Shown here one piece after another: positions 51,595 through 64,000 of a DNA stretch of 64,000 bases. This DNA is from Heterodontus francisci (Eukaryota). Both the position numbers and the translations under genes were made by a program. Positions within the stretch are counted from its first letter, which is position 1; the number at the start of each line of letters is the position of its first letter. The notes beneath the pieces were generated by a model. It ran no database searches and was not told where the DNA came from. It saw only the letters and a list, made by a program, of their open reading frames with translations. The DNA lies in assembly GCF_036365525.1 (NCBI RefSeq), contig NC_090405.1:48322508-48386507 (forward strand). Direction: 5' to 3'.

Positions 51595-52362
51595 AGTCAT
51601 AGAATCATTTATGGCACTGAAGAGGGCCATTTGGCCCATCAAGTCCATGCCAGCGCTCTCAGAGCAATCGAGTCAGTCCTACTCCATTTTGATCCCTGTT
51701 GCCTTGCAAGTTTTTTTCCCCTTCAAATGGCCATCCAATTTTCTATTGAAATAATTGATTATTTCTGCTTCCATCACCCTTGTGGGCAGCAAGTTCCAGG
51801 TCGTTATTACCCGCTTCGTAAAAAAAAGTTCTTCCGTGTATTCCCCTTGCATCTTTTGCCCAAAACCTTCAATCTGTGTCCCCTAGCCCTTGTACATTAG
51901 CTAATGGGAACAGTTTTTCCTTGTCTAACTTATCTATGCCTGTCATAATCTTGTACATTTCTATTAAATCTCCCCTCAGTCTCCTTTGCTCTAAGGAGAA
52001 CAACCCCAGCTTTTCCAACCTAAACCTGTAAGTAAAATCCCCCATCCCTGGAACCATTCTGGTAAATTTCCTCTGCACCCTTTCAGGGACCCTCACATCC
52101 TTCCTAAAGTGTGGTGATCAGAACTGGACGCAATACTCCAGCTGGAGCCCAACCAGAGTGTTATAAAGGTTCAGCATAAGTTCCTTGCTTTTGTACTCAG
52201 TGCCTCTATTTATGAACCCCGATCCCATGTACTTTGCTTACTACTCTCAATATGCCCTGTCACCTTCACAGGTCGATGCACATGCGCCCCCAGGTCCCTC
52301 TGTTCCTGCAGTCTTTAGAACTGTGCCATTAAGTATATATTGCCTCTCTTTGTTCCTTCCAA
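51595..52362 (-). mobile_element. CR1 3' fragment nested in a Deu-domain SINE (~51350-52525)
   Basis: ERVQRKFTRM..LEQRRLRGDLIE. Confidence 0.85.
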
Positions 52363-55300
52363 ATCGTGACACGGGATCTTTTACGTCCACCTGAGAGGGC
52401 AGACTGGACCACGGTTTAATATCCTATCTCCAACGGTGCAGTACTCGTGTCAGCATTGCACTGGAGTGGTAGCCTTGATTTGTTTTTTTTCAGTGTGTGC
52501 GCGCTCAAATCCTGGAGTGGGACAAATCCAGATGCTGGGATATGATTCCAGGCCTAGTGGCAGTGGCTGTCTGCTATCTTGCCCCAATGTGAAATATTAA
52601 GTTTGGCTGTGCAGAATTGAAGCAAGCATTTGCCAACCAGATTTGGGCTGTAGGCTGTCAGTGTGATTTTTATCACAGAACTGCCATGTTCTTGCATCGT
52701 TAATGTTGTTTCTGACTATTGATCACATGAATCTGAACAGAGAATTTTGGTGATCTATTTAATCATGGCCAATTTCATTCTTGCCTGATCGTCAATCGAC
52801 TTCCAGCAGTGGCAACTGGTTAACATTTTTTTCTACCTTTTTATCTTTTCTGTTCCTTATTCTCTTTCACACCGTCCCACTTCCTACACCAAGTCCAAAG
52901 ATATGAGTCCCATTGGAGCCTCCAACTCCGATCAGCTAATTCAGTGCAGAACAGGTACAGAACCCATGAGCTTTCTGGTCTCCATGTGATACATTTACTC
53001 ACTGAGCCATAACTTTAAATAAATTGAGCAAGTAAAGAATTTGTCATGTACTATACCCTGTTACGTCCTGTTTGCTCTTGTGACTGCCTCCTTTTATTCG
53101 AAAGTAATCCTTCGTTAAGGGGTGCCTCTGTCTAGGCTCACAGTCATTTAATGTGGAAGAGAGGAGAAGCATACTGCTCAAAGGCAAGGTGAGCCTTCCT
53201 AACTTTGTTCATTGGCAAATTTTTCAAATGCTATTGAGCTTTTGGAGCCCCTTGTTTAGTTCAAATTGACTTTCATTGAAACATCATTTGAAGGAAAGGA
53301 ACCTGTGTTTTAAAAAGTTTGCAAAATATACAAAGAAATAAGTTTAATGTTTTTACAGTTACTACTTTTTAATTGATCCACTTTTACTTCCCAATTTAAT
53401 TACATCAGTTTTTGTTTCTAAATCATTCGTATCAGTTGCTGTCATGTATTCAGCCTGAAACAAAATGTGCCATACCAAGAGTAGTACATTTTAATGTATC
53501 TCCATGAAAGTCAAAAGTTGAGTTTAAAAAAGCACATTTATTGCACAGCTACAGTAGTTGGTGCAGATGCTGCATTTGTCAAAGTACCTAGTTGATAAAT
53601 GTAACTAGGCCACCAACTTAATAGTAAATGTACTTGATTTATCTTATGCAGGTTTGTGCAGCTAGTCTGTGTGTGTGTCGGACGGACTGACCAAATTGCA
53701 GTATATTCATTGGAGCTGTTACACTCCTGTTATTGCCTATTGCAAAATGAGCTGATTTTTGATGGAACAAATTGCTTGCTTTCTTTGAAGGGAGTTTTTC
53801 AAACTCTTTTTTCCCTCTTGCCCAGCCACCACCCCCCCGCCACACCACCGAACCCTGTCCAAAAAGAAAGGAAGCCAATAAGGGATCCTGGGGTTCTCTA
53901 TCATTTTTCTGTTCATTTGATTTGTTGGCATCTTATTTCTGTTTTACAGCTTAAAGCATTCTGTACTGAAAGCACTGTTTTGAATAGGTGACCTTGCCTT
54001 TTGGAACTTTGGGCCAAGGGTCCCTAAGAGGGTGTCAAAATATTGCAGAAGGATCCTCAACATGCTCACATTTTAAAATCACTTTTTTTCAATAAAAGTG
54101 TGAACAAAAAAACTTTTTAAAATGTGCAATATAAACCTAATGGGATTTGTTATATCACAACTCGTACTTTGCTACATAAGTTGGGTGTATCATTTGGATC
54201 TGTATTATTTCACCAATGCCTACACTGGTTTAGAAATTGTGGAGCTTAATTTTAGAAACACTTATGCCTCATTTCTGGTAGGTGGATGGTCACAAACATG
54301 GGTGGTTTTGGTCCTGCTTGAAGCTTTTAAACCGACTTAAAACTTTCACTCAGTGCTAGGACGGTGGTGAGCACCACCAGCAAGTTTGTACTTCGGTGAA
54401 CAAAACCTGACTGCCACATCTCTTTAGTTAAATTTGCACTTTGCCTGTAAGTGACTTTTAACAATGCTTACAAAATTATTCACTTCATGTAAATGGAGTT
54501 CAGATTTCCACACACAAACAATACTCCCAGGCTGCCTCAAAACTAGCAGTTCTTTGTACAAAGCACAGTGACAAGTGGGATTGAGTGATTGATGAGTTTT
54601 GCATAAGGGAGTTGGTGTCTGTGCAGTTAGGAATTTAAGTAGCTCGCTGTGTTTGGAAAAAAAAACTTTCTGCGGTATTGGCAGATTTTGTGTTGGAAGT
54701 TGTATCTTTAATTTTTCTTTCCCCTAGATCTCCTGAAGATTGACTCCTTGTTATATGGTTCCATGAAAAATGGTTGCCATTTGATCAACTTTAGCAGGAG
54801 TCCATTTTCATCTGAGGCATTACTGAGTCTCTGTAGACTAACCATAGAGCTGGGGGGGGTGCAGGATAAAAGCACTACAGCTGAGCCTGATCATGTGCTC
54901 ACCTGGCATCCACATGCTTTCTGTGGATGTAGCTTGATAGGAACAGGATCTTAGTTGATATTCCTTTTCCCATCCCTAATCTGGTATGATAATACTAAGG
55001 CCATTTCCCAGGCTTAACGTAAGCCAGGATTGAAACTGTTACTTTTCTGGTTTGGATGGTACAGCTCCTCACTGGGCAAAGTCCCTGAACTATTGGGGAT
55101 AGCAAAATGATAACCTGTATATTTAAATTCCATTTATGATTTCAGGTTGTTATCATCACAGGCTCATTTACAATATCATTACAAATTAGATTTTTTGGTA
55201 TCATTTGATGTAAGATACTAAATGTGTGTACTCACTAGTGTAGTAGGGCCTTTAACAAAGTGCTTGGAGTGCTTAGTTGAATAATGTAACTGGTCTGTAA

Positions 55301-58023
55301 TTTTGAAATGCAGGCATTCTATCACACATTAATTTGCATTGAAGTAATATAAATACAATCTGAATTTCCCGTGTTGAGAAATGCTGTCATTTCAGTTTGA
55401 CTAACTGCCTTGACACTGATTCTGATGCAAAGCTTAGCTATTTTTAAAAATGTGATCAGTGTAAGCATTCTGAAAGAAGAAATCTCGCATCCAGTGCAAT
55501 GAAACAAGTACAAAAAAATGAAGTATTAATATACTCTGAGCTGTACCACTGGAACAGCATCAATAAATTAAATAGAATGCAAAACTATTAAGCAAAAATA
55601 ATGGAGTATAAGAATGTATAGTGCTCTAGTCAAACCATATACCTCGAGCACCTACCTCCACTTCTAATCAACAAGGTGAAAAAAGACATTTGAGGCCTAG
55701 GGTCATTTAAAATAAGAGCCCAAAGGGCTAATCCTAAATGATAGAGAACTGAGATAGGAAAAAGAACCTGGGTTTCAGCCTTGAGGCAGCTGAGCGGTTA
55801 GTAAATGGTTTGGAAAAGGTAAATTTGGACATTTAATAAGTCAAGCTTTAACCATGAGGGGTGACACTAGTAAAAGATAAGTTTAGGTCAATTTTCAGGA
55901 AGTACGTCACAAAGGGTAATCAATACTTGCGGGCAAAAAATAGAAGAAAATGAATTAAAATTATGCCTTAAAATCATTTGGAAAACAAATGGATGCTGTG
56001 ATGGGATAATTGATCTTTCTGGATGCATAAACCAAGATAAGGTAAATGGCCTTTGGCATCCATATTTCTCTTGGGATTAACGTTTAAATTCTCCTGATTT
56101 GTATTGGGTTTTTTTTTGAAGCCCGGTCGGAAGGTGTGGCGAAGAGGAAATTGAAGGATCTGAATTAACCCAGAACGCTTCATTGCTTATTTTATCTCTG
56201 CACTGCATTTCACTTTAAACCTTCCAGCACAGATGAGCTTAGTAATCAGAAGCAAGTTCTCCTAGCAACTGCCATTAACTAAAAATAATCAAAACAGGAA
56301 AGGATAGTGAGGAGGAGTGGTGGTGGGAGGGTGGGGGTTGGGGGGGAGGGGGGTGGAAGAAAGCAATAAATAAGAAGTTTAATTTGTATTACAAGATCAC
56401 ATGGTTTGACTACCTTTCCATGCGTTTTCATCTTAATTAAACTTTGCTCTCAAGTCGCAAGCCAGCTTGTGCATCTTTTCACCAGATGCAATGTAGGTCA
56501 ATGCTTAATAATTCCTGGGGGCTATAATTGAGGTAGTAATCTAATCTAGAACATGAATTGAAGCAGCGAGCTAGTTTGATCTTGGGTTCGAAAATAGTCT
56601 TCTCGTCCCTCCTCAGTATTTGCAGAAATTATTCGATTTTGCACTAGTTTTATTTTTATTTGTGCCAACAGTGACAGTGATATGTGCCAACTGTTAACTT
56701 CATTTTGTGACATTCAAACAGATTGTCATTAGGATTTAATTACTGCTGGTGTTTGGAATACACTGTTGATTAGTGTAAGATTTTTGTTCAGCCCACATTC
56801 GGATGTTGAACCTTCATAAGACATTTGTTTTGTGATGAATTTGTCAATCTCAGTCTGTGGGAATGGGTAGAGCTAAAATTGGATCAGTTTCATCAGGTTA
56901 GCTCATGTGAACCATCCAGTGCTGCTTGTTGAAATTGCATTTGCATTAGTCTTGGCTATAGAAACAAAGTACTTGTATTAAAATTGTATGTTCATGTCTC
57001 CAGGAGATGCTATACTATTTGTTGCCAATGAGATGTAGTCATAGCAAGGTCCCACAAACAGCAATGAGTTGAATGTTCAGCTAATTTGTTTGTGATGTTG
57101 GTTGAGGATAAATGTTGTCAGGGCACCGAGAACTCCTCTGCTTGTTGAATAATGACAGATGTTCACTTGAGAGGGCAGGTGGGATCTTGGTTTAACGTCT
57201 CATCCGAAAGGTGGCACTTCCGACAGTGCAGCATTCCTTTAGTGTTGCACTTAAATGTCAGCCTGAAATATATTCTCAAGTCTGGAATGGGGTTTGAATC
57301 TGTAACCGTCTGACTCGAGAGTGCTACCACTAAGCCAAGGCTGACGCTTTATGAATAGGATTGAGCCTTTGCCCAAGCAACCTGTTAACGTTCACTGTAC
57401 TCTACATGAATTGGACAAGAAATTGGAATATAGTTAACAAATCTGGAAGTCCACCCTGACAAAGAGAAGTTTAACGTGCTTACTTTTAAACAAAACTTGT
57501 AAACTGATAACGCAGTTGCAAAATTGCAGGCTTAACTTGGTAAGCTGAGACTAACATGTATTACTATAACTGGGCTTGTTCATACAGTGTACAGTTTCAC
57601 ATCTGGCTCCATCTTCTTGGTAAATTGATTTTTTTTTTTGCCAAAATAGTGGTGTCTCCTTTTGTGCAGGTACAATATTCAGACGAGAATCCAGGGAATT
57701 GTTCCCAGTGGCTCAGTTGATACCATGTAATTAATTGATCTGCATAGGCCAGAGGTCCCACATTCAACTATCAGCAATTCAAAGGCGATTACATCATGCC
57801 CCTACTTATCTCCAGAGAGCTGTTGCAAAAAGCAGTTCACGTGGTTTCCTTGTGTAGAATCCCTCCATTTTATCCATGAAAATAAACTGTTGCCTATTAA
57901 CTTCCCTTCTGATGGATGGTCACCATGGTATATGCCAGTAAGACAATAATTTTAATGCAGCAATTGTGCATTTCTGTTGGCAGTCGAGTTTAGTGATACC
58001 AGAGGACAAACGGCCTGAATACC

Positions 58024-59071
58024 TGTTACGGCCACTTAATGAGAGGTTTGGGTGGTTCTCCCTGTTCAACACCCACCTGACCGCCGCAAGTGTGTTTTGT
58101 TATTAGGGTTTAACCCCTTTGTGTTTTATTTGTTAAATAAACAGACAGCAGCAGGTTTTCTTGTAGGTTTAAAACAGAAAATCAATCAATCAATATGCCT
58201 TATCCCAAAATTATCGCAACCGCATCTGCTCTCATTCATTTGCACGCACACACATATGAGGAGACATATTAGAGAGGAAAAGGAGTAAATAGATTTAAGT
58301 GGAGGTAGGTCTCGGGGGGGTTGATGGAGTGGTTGGTGGTCTCATGTTAAACCTGCTGAATCCACTTGAAAGTCAAGTTCTCGTTTGCAGGCCTGAGGTG
58401 TTTGTAGATTTCTCTCTTGGTTGAAAGTTCAGTTCAGCACAGTGGATCACTTCTATTTCACTGCTGTATAAAGTGTAGATGTAGAATTCTACAGGGCACA
58501 ATCCATCTGGCTTGCTGGATTCCTCCCAGCCTCTTAGCTGGAAAAGCTTCTTGGATGCTGCTATAAGAAAAGTCCATTCTTTAAAAAACAGTCAATTTTT
58601 ATAACTCTTTAGTTTTAGTCCATAATTTTTCATCGCCACACATCTTGTCTACATGGCAATCCTATAATGTGTCCTTGCTGACTAATCTAATTGTAATTAT
58701 GGTGATAGGGATGCTGCCCTTGGTCTAGGACAGGGGAAATCTGCAAGGTTGTACTCCCTTGATGGAAGGTGTGTTTGTGGATATTGGATGAGGAAAGCAA
58801 TATGGGTGGCTATAATCCCCTCTGCCCTCAACAAATTGTTGCTGTCTAGGTTTGCATGAAAAATGGGCCCTTGGGTGGAGTACCAGAAGGTGCCCAGCAA
58901 TCGAGGATCATTATGGTACTTCAGAAGGTGGCATGGTAAGGGTGGGTGTCTAGAAAACAGCTTGTCATTCCATTGTTCTGATAACTACACCCTTTGTGGG
59001 TCCCAGGATAACCTTGCTTAAATAGGAGGAAGAGATTGGGAAATAAACAAAAGGAAAGCTAATATATCACA
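58024..59071 (-). mobile_element. Probable solo LTR
   Basis: TGTTA...TCACA termini; architecture similar to 8040-8842; TSD imperfect (tacc/accc). Confidence 0.6.
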
Positions 59072-59145
59072 ACCCTTGAGATGAAAGCAAAATTTAATGA
59101 AGGCACCTATCCTGCTCTGAGTTAAGTTTAATAGTTAGCCACAAC

Positions 59146-59680
59146 CGACCAACTATTCCAACGAACTGCTGGCTGGGCTCCCACATTCTATTGTCCGTAA
59201 ACTTGAGGTCATCCAAAACTCTGTTGCCCGTGTCTTAACTTGCACCAAGTCCCACTCCTCTATCACCTCTATGTTCACTACCTACATTGGTTCCCTGTCA
59301 AGCAATGTCTTGATTTTGAAATTCTCATTCTTGTTTTCAAATTGCTCTTTGGCCTCGCCCCTCCCTATCTCTGTAATCTCCTCCAACCCCACAACCCTCC
59401 AACATATCTACGCCGCTCTAATCCTAGCTTCTTGAACATCCCTGATTTTAATTGCTCCACCATTGGTGGCCACATCTTTAGTTGCCGAGGCCCCTAGCTC
59501 TGGAATACCTTCCCTACACCTCTCCGCTTCTCCACATCGTTCTCCTCCTTAAACCTACCCCTTTGACCAAGCTTTTGGTCATCTGACCTAATATTTCCTT
59601 TTGTGGTTCAGTGTTGTACTTACTTTTATAATGCACCTGTAAAACGTTTTGTTGTGTTAAAGGCACTATATAAATTTCAG
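59146..59680 (+). mobile_element. L2-clade LINE 3' fragment (reverse copy at ~50046-50420)
   Basis: LHWFPVKQCLDFEILILVFK...LAPPYL. Confidence 0.8.
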
Positions 59681-59745
59681 TTCAGTATTGTAAAATTTAG
59701 CCGATAGTACTTCTGCTCACAGCCACTGTGTTTCTGTCTTCTCAG

Positions 59746-59826
59746 GATCCATCAGTAACTCAGCTGACTAATGCCAACCAGCAAGGTATTGATGACTTTA
59801 ATCCATTCACTGAAAACTCCAGGCTG
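59746..59826 (+). CDS. SCAMP2: SCAMP2 exon 2 (DPSVTQLTNANQQGIDDFNPFTENSRL); gene continues beyond the window
   Basis: ctcag|GAT...CTG|gtaagt; 81 nt; third NPF motif; DPSVTQLTNA matches SCAMP2. Confidence 0.93.
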
Positions 59827-60164
59827 GTAAGTTTGAGTTGTACAGTGTTATATTTGTCCTTCCTGCTTAGCCAGAAAGCAAACTTTAGCAATGCTCTTTA
59901 TTTCTAGTCCAGGTGTCGCATACCTGATGTATATGTGCAGAAACCTGGTTCCGTACTATGAGTTGAGAAGAAAGTGGTTCTGCATTCTGTACCTGGGATG
60001 TTTTTTGGCTGCAAGTATTTGCGATTTTGATCTTAGCTGGGTGAAGGGAAGCGATTCAAGAAAGTTGCAGAGTTTCTTCATCAGGGTGGATGTGTGCTTG
60101 GATGATGAATAACTGAGGCAACATTGAATGCAACACTGCAGACAGTTAGAACTAGTTGTAATTT

Positions 60165-62440
60165 CAAACCTGCAGACAAGGGTGGTGCTGTTGTATGGCG
60201 TACCGACCTCTACCTTGCAGAAGCTCAACGCCAACTCACAGACACCTCTTCCTACCTCCCTCTGGACCATGACCCCACCACCGAACATCAAGCCACCGTC
60301 CAAAGGACTGTCACTGACCTCATCTCCTCTGGAGATCTTCCCTCTACAGCTTCCAACCTCATAGTCCCGCAACCCCAGACAGCCCGCTTCTACCTCCTTC
60401 CCAAAATCCACAAACGGGACTGTCCCGGCAGACCCATTGTGTCAGCCTGCTCCTGCCCCACTGAACTTATTTCTTCCTATCTAGACTCTATCTTTTCTCC
60501 GCTGGTCCAGTCTCTTCCCACCTACATCCGTGACTCTTCTGACGCCCTACGTCATTTTGACAATTTCCAGTTTCCTGGTCCTAACCGCCTCCTCTTCACC
60601 TATGGACGTCCAATCGCTCTACACCTCCATCCCCCACCAGGATGGTTTGAGGGCTCTCCGCTTCTTCCTGGAACAGAGGCCCAACCAGTCCCCATCCACC
60701 AACACCCTCCTCCGCCTGGCTGAACTTGTTCTCACATTGAACAACTTCTCCTTCAACTCCATGCATTTCCTTCAAGTAAAAGGTGTCGCTATGGGTACCC
60801 GCATGGGTCCTAGTTATGCCTGTCTTTTTGTGGGATATGTTGAGCATTCTTTGTTCCAGTCCTACTCAGGCCCCCTCCCCCAACTCTTTTTCCCGTACAT
60901 TGATGACTGTATCGGTGCCGTTTCCTGCTCCCGCCCCGAACTAGAAAACTTTATAAACTTTGCTTCCAATTTCCACCCTTCTCTCACCTTTACATGGTCC
61001 ATCTCTGACACTTCCCTTCCCTTCCTCGACTTCTCTGTCTCCATCTCTGGGGATAGGTTGTCTACCAATATCCATTATAAGCCCACTGACTCCCACAGCT
61101 ACCTCGACTACACTTCTTCACACCCTACCTCCTGTAAGGACTCCATTCCATTCTCCCAGTTTCTCTGTCTCCGACGCATCTGCTCTGATGATGCTACCTT
61201 CCATGACGGTGCTTCTGATATGACCTCCTTTTTCCTCAACCGAGGATTTCCCCCCACTGTGGTTGACAGGGCCCTCAACCGTGTCCGACCCATTCCCCGC
61301 ACCTCTACCCTCACCCCTTCCCCTCCCTCCCAGAACCGTGACAGGGTTCCCCTTGTCCTCACTTTTCATCCCACCAGCCTCCATATCCAAAGGATCATCC
61401 TCCACCATTTTCGTCACCTCTAGCGTGATGCCACTACCAGTCGCATCTTCCCCTCCCTTCCCCTGTCAGCATTCCGAAGGGATCGTTCCCTCCGCGACAC
61501 CCTGGTCCACTCCTCCATTACCCCCACCACCTCGTCCCTGTCCCAGGGCACCTTCCCTTGCAATCACAGGAGGTGTAATACCTGCCCATTTACCTCCTCT
61601 CTCCTCACTATCCCAGGCCCCAAACACTCCTTTCAGGTGAAGCAGCGATTTACTTGTACTTCTTTCAATGTAGTATACTGTATTCGCTGCTCACAGTGTG
61701 GTCTCCTCTACATTGGGGAGACCAAGCGCAGACTGGGTGACCGCTTTGCGGAACATCTCCGCTCAGTCTGCAAGCAGGACCCTGAGCTTCCGGTTGCTTG
61801 CCATTTCAACACTCCCCCCCCCCCCCCCCCCCATTGCTCTCATGCTCACATCTCTGTCCTGGGATTGCTGCAGTGTTCCAGTGAACATCAACGCAAGCTC
61901 GAGGAACAGCATCTCATCTACCGATTAGGCACACTACAGCCTGCCGGACTGAACATTGAGTTCAGTAATTTCAGAGCATGACAGCCCCCCACTTTACTTT
62001 CATTTTTAGTTATTCTTTTTTTTTACATTCCTTTTTACATTTTTTACAATCTTTTTTTGCATTTATTTCATTTCATCTTAGTTTGTTCAGTTTGCTTACC
62101 CACTGCTTTTTTCAGGTTGTTTTTCTTCAGGTTTGCACTTGCTGTTCAATATTCAGTATATTCACACCTAATCTGTACTAATGCTTTGTCTTTCAACACA
62201 CCATTAACATATTGTTTGCCTTTGCTCCGTGCCCTTTTGGTCAGCTATCTGGCCTGGTCCAATCTGCACCTTCTCCTTTGTTATCTCTTGCCCAACCCCC
62301 ACCTCACTTGTTTATAATCTGTGACTTTTCTAATATTTGTCAGTTCCGAAGAAGGGTCACTGACCCGAAACGTTAACTCTGCTTCTCTTTCCACAGATGC
62401 TGCCAGACCTGCTGAGTGATTCCAGCATTTCTTGTTTTTG
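60165..62440 (+). mobile_element. Young, 5'-truncated Neptune-like Penelope element (RT + GIY-YIG) in SCAMP2 intron 2
   Basis: KPADKGGA, YLLPKIHK, GRPIVS, MDVQSLYT, YIDD, CNHRRCNTC, VVYCI...YIGET, GLN motifs; TGTAATTT TSD (60157-60164, 62441-62448). Confidence 0.95.
62342..62378 (+). ncRNA. Hammerhead motif, family A, with CCGAAGA core variant
   Basis: AGTT-CCGAAGA-a-GGGTC-act-GACCC-GAAA-CG-TT-AACT. Confidence 0.65.
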
Positions 62441-64000
62441 TGTAATTTTGTTAAACCTGTTCAAAAGTTGCTTATAATGTATAATTTGTGTAATCCACTG
62501 GAAAGTCTTCCTTTTATCAAGATCTTGGTGTGTAAATTATTAACGTCAAAACTTTCATTTAGACTCTGGTTAGTTGGAAAATGTATATTGTGAAATATTT
62601 TTGAAAGGGATCATTTTGAGGCTTGGTTTAGTGGCAGTTTCACTTTACATTCCCAGGTTATAGTTTGGTCTAATGCAATAGAGGAAATGTTACCAAATGT
62701 ACATTTAAAAATGGCTATCTAGATTTTGTAAATTGTGTGGCGAGTTTACAAATATGAATAATAGTCAGAAGTTTCCTAATAGCTACTGGAAACTAGCAAG
62801 GAATCCACAGGTTATTTTTCGATCTGCGTTATCCAGGCATTCCTAGCAGCGAGTGTAATAATTTTTTTTTTTTCCTTGCTAATTTCCCACTCCCTCCTTA
62901 CAATAAGGTGTTGATTCCTTACTGGAGCACAGTCCACAAGCACCCGTTGACCTGTGTTACCTCAGCCAAGTAGGCTTGATGGTGTAGATGGGATATAAAT
63001 GCAGCTAAACCTGACAGTCGTTGCCTGACATCCATGTACTTCCAGCAGGGATCCCTGGATGAGGTTCAGGAATGAGGATGTTTGTTTTCCTTTCCTAATC
63101 CAGGGCACTGTGGCCAGTTATAGCACTCTTGTTACCCCTCTGGTTTGAGATCAGTGAACTTTGTACAGGCCAAAGACTGGACTTGATTTTTGGACATTAA
63201 TTCATTCCTCTCCTTTTTATTTTACCATCTAAGCTTAAGATGAGAAGAATATGCTTGTTGTCTGTGACCTTGCTATATGATTTGAAAAGAACTCACTTTA
63301 TTGTGTGTGCTGTAATTCTGGAAGCTGAATATTACTATTATGCAAATAACAACCCATTTAAGGCTGTGATACTGTAATTCTGACTAATTAAACAATGTTA
63401 CCATAATTGTTCTGAAAGCAAGTTATTTGCACCTATGGTTATTGACAGTCAAATTCTTGTCTATCTAGAATGTTGTAATAAAATAATTACTTAAATTGTA
63501 CTTGTACTTAAAAACTGTCTTTAGGTTAAGCCAAGAATGAAATGGGTTCTTTAATTGTGTTGGTTTATGTAGGGCACCTGAATAACCAAATTAGGCATTG
63601 CACATTAAAAATCCATTATTCTTTGATAATTGGCCAGCTGAAGTGATTCTGTATAGTGATTTTCTACAAATCATGAATTCGGTAATAAAACCAGAACATT
63701 TTACGAACTCATTTGTTAAGAATAGATGAGCACGAAAGAAATTGTCATTTAAATTGACATCTTGGTTGCAAATTTGCACAACAATGAATTCAGAATTCAA
63801 ACCTATTTCAGTCCTGCATTAACTCAAATGAGACATTAGATGAAGGTCTGTCTACCTATTTCATTGTTTCAGCTAGGCATTACATGTCTTTTTTTTATTC
63901 ATTCATGGGATGTGGGTGTCACTGGCCAGGCCAGCATTTATTGCCAATTCCTAATTGCCCTTGAGAAGGTGGTGGTGAGCTGCCTTCTTGAACCGCTGCA

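Overview
Eukaryotic (vertebrate) genomic DNA, almost certainly a shark or other elasmobranch, judged from HE1/V-SINEs, Deu-domain SINEs and abundant CR1 and Penelope-like repeats. Three spliced host genes were reconstructed by hand. (1) The first four coding exons of a divergent STOML1-like stomatin/SPFH gene on the minus strand (18842->3085), continuing off the left edge. (2) A complete 8-exon MPI (mannose-6-phosphate isomerase, 420 aa) on the minus strand (42630->24149). (3) The first two exons of SCAMP2 on the plus strand (46802, 59746), head-to-head with MPI. Most of the remaining sequence is retroelement-derived. It includes a decayed Gmr1-like Ty3/Gypsy element (SCAN-like gag, integrase before RT) with six nested insertions, two solo LTRs, Neptune-type Penelope-like elements (PLEs) carrying minimal hammerhead ribozymes, a Tx1-like LINE inserted next to a hammerhead cleavage site, and RTE/BovB, CR1 and L2 fragments. 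The most notable observations are two PLE hammerhead families (one as a 140-bp TSD-flanked mini-element), a ~65-nt terminal stem-loop shared by three sequence-divergent LTR families, the Tx1-in-hammerhead insertion that splits the MPI/SCAMP2 promoter, and a possible STOML1 paralogue. Exon boundaries were read base by base. Boundaries of old repeats are approximate, and no database search was run.
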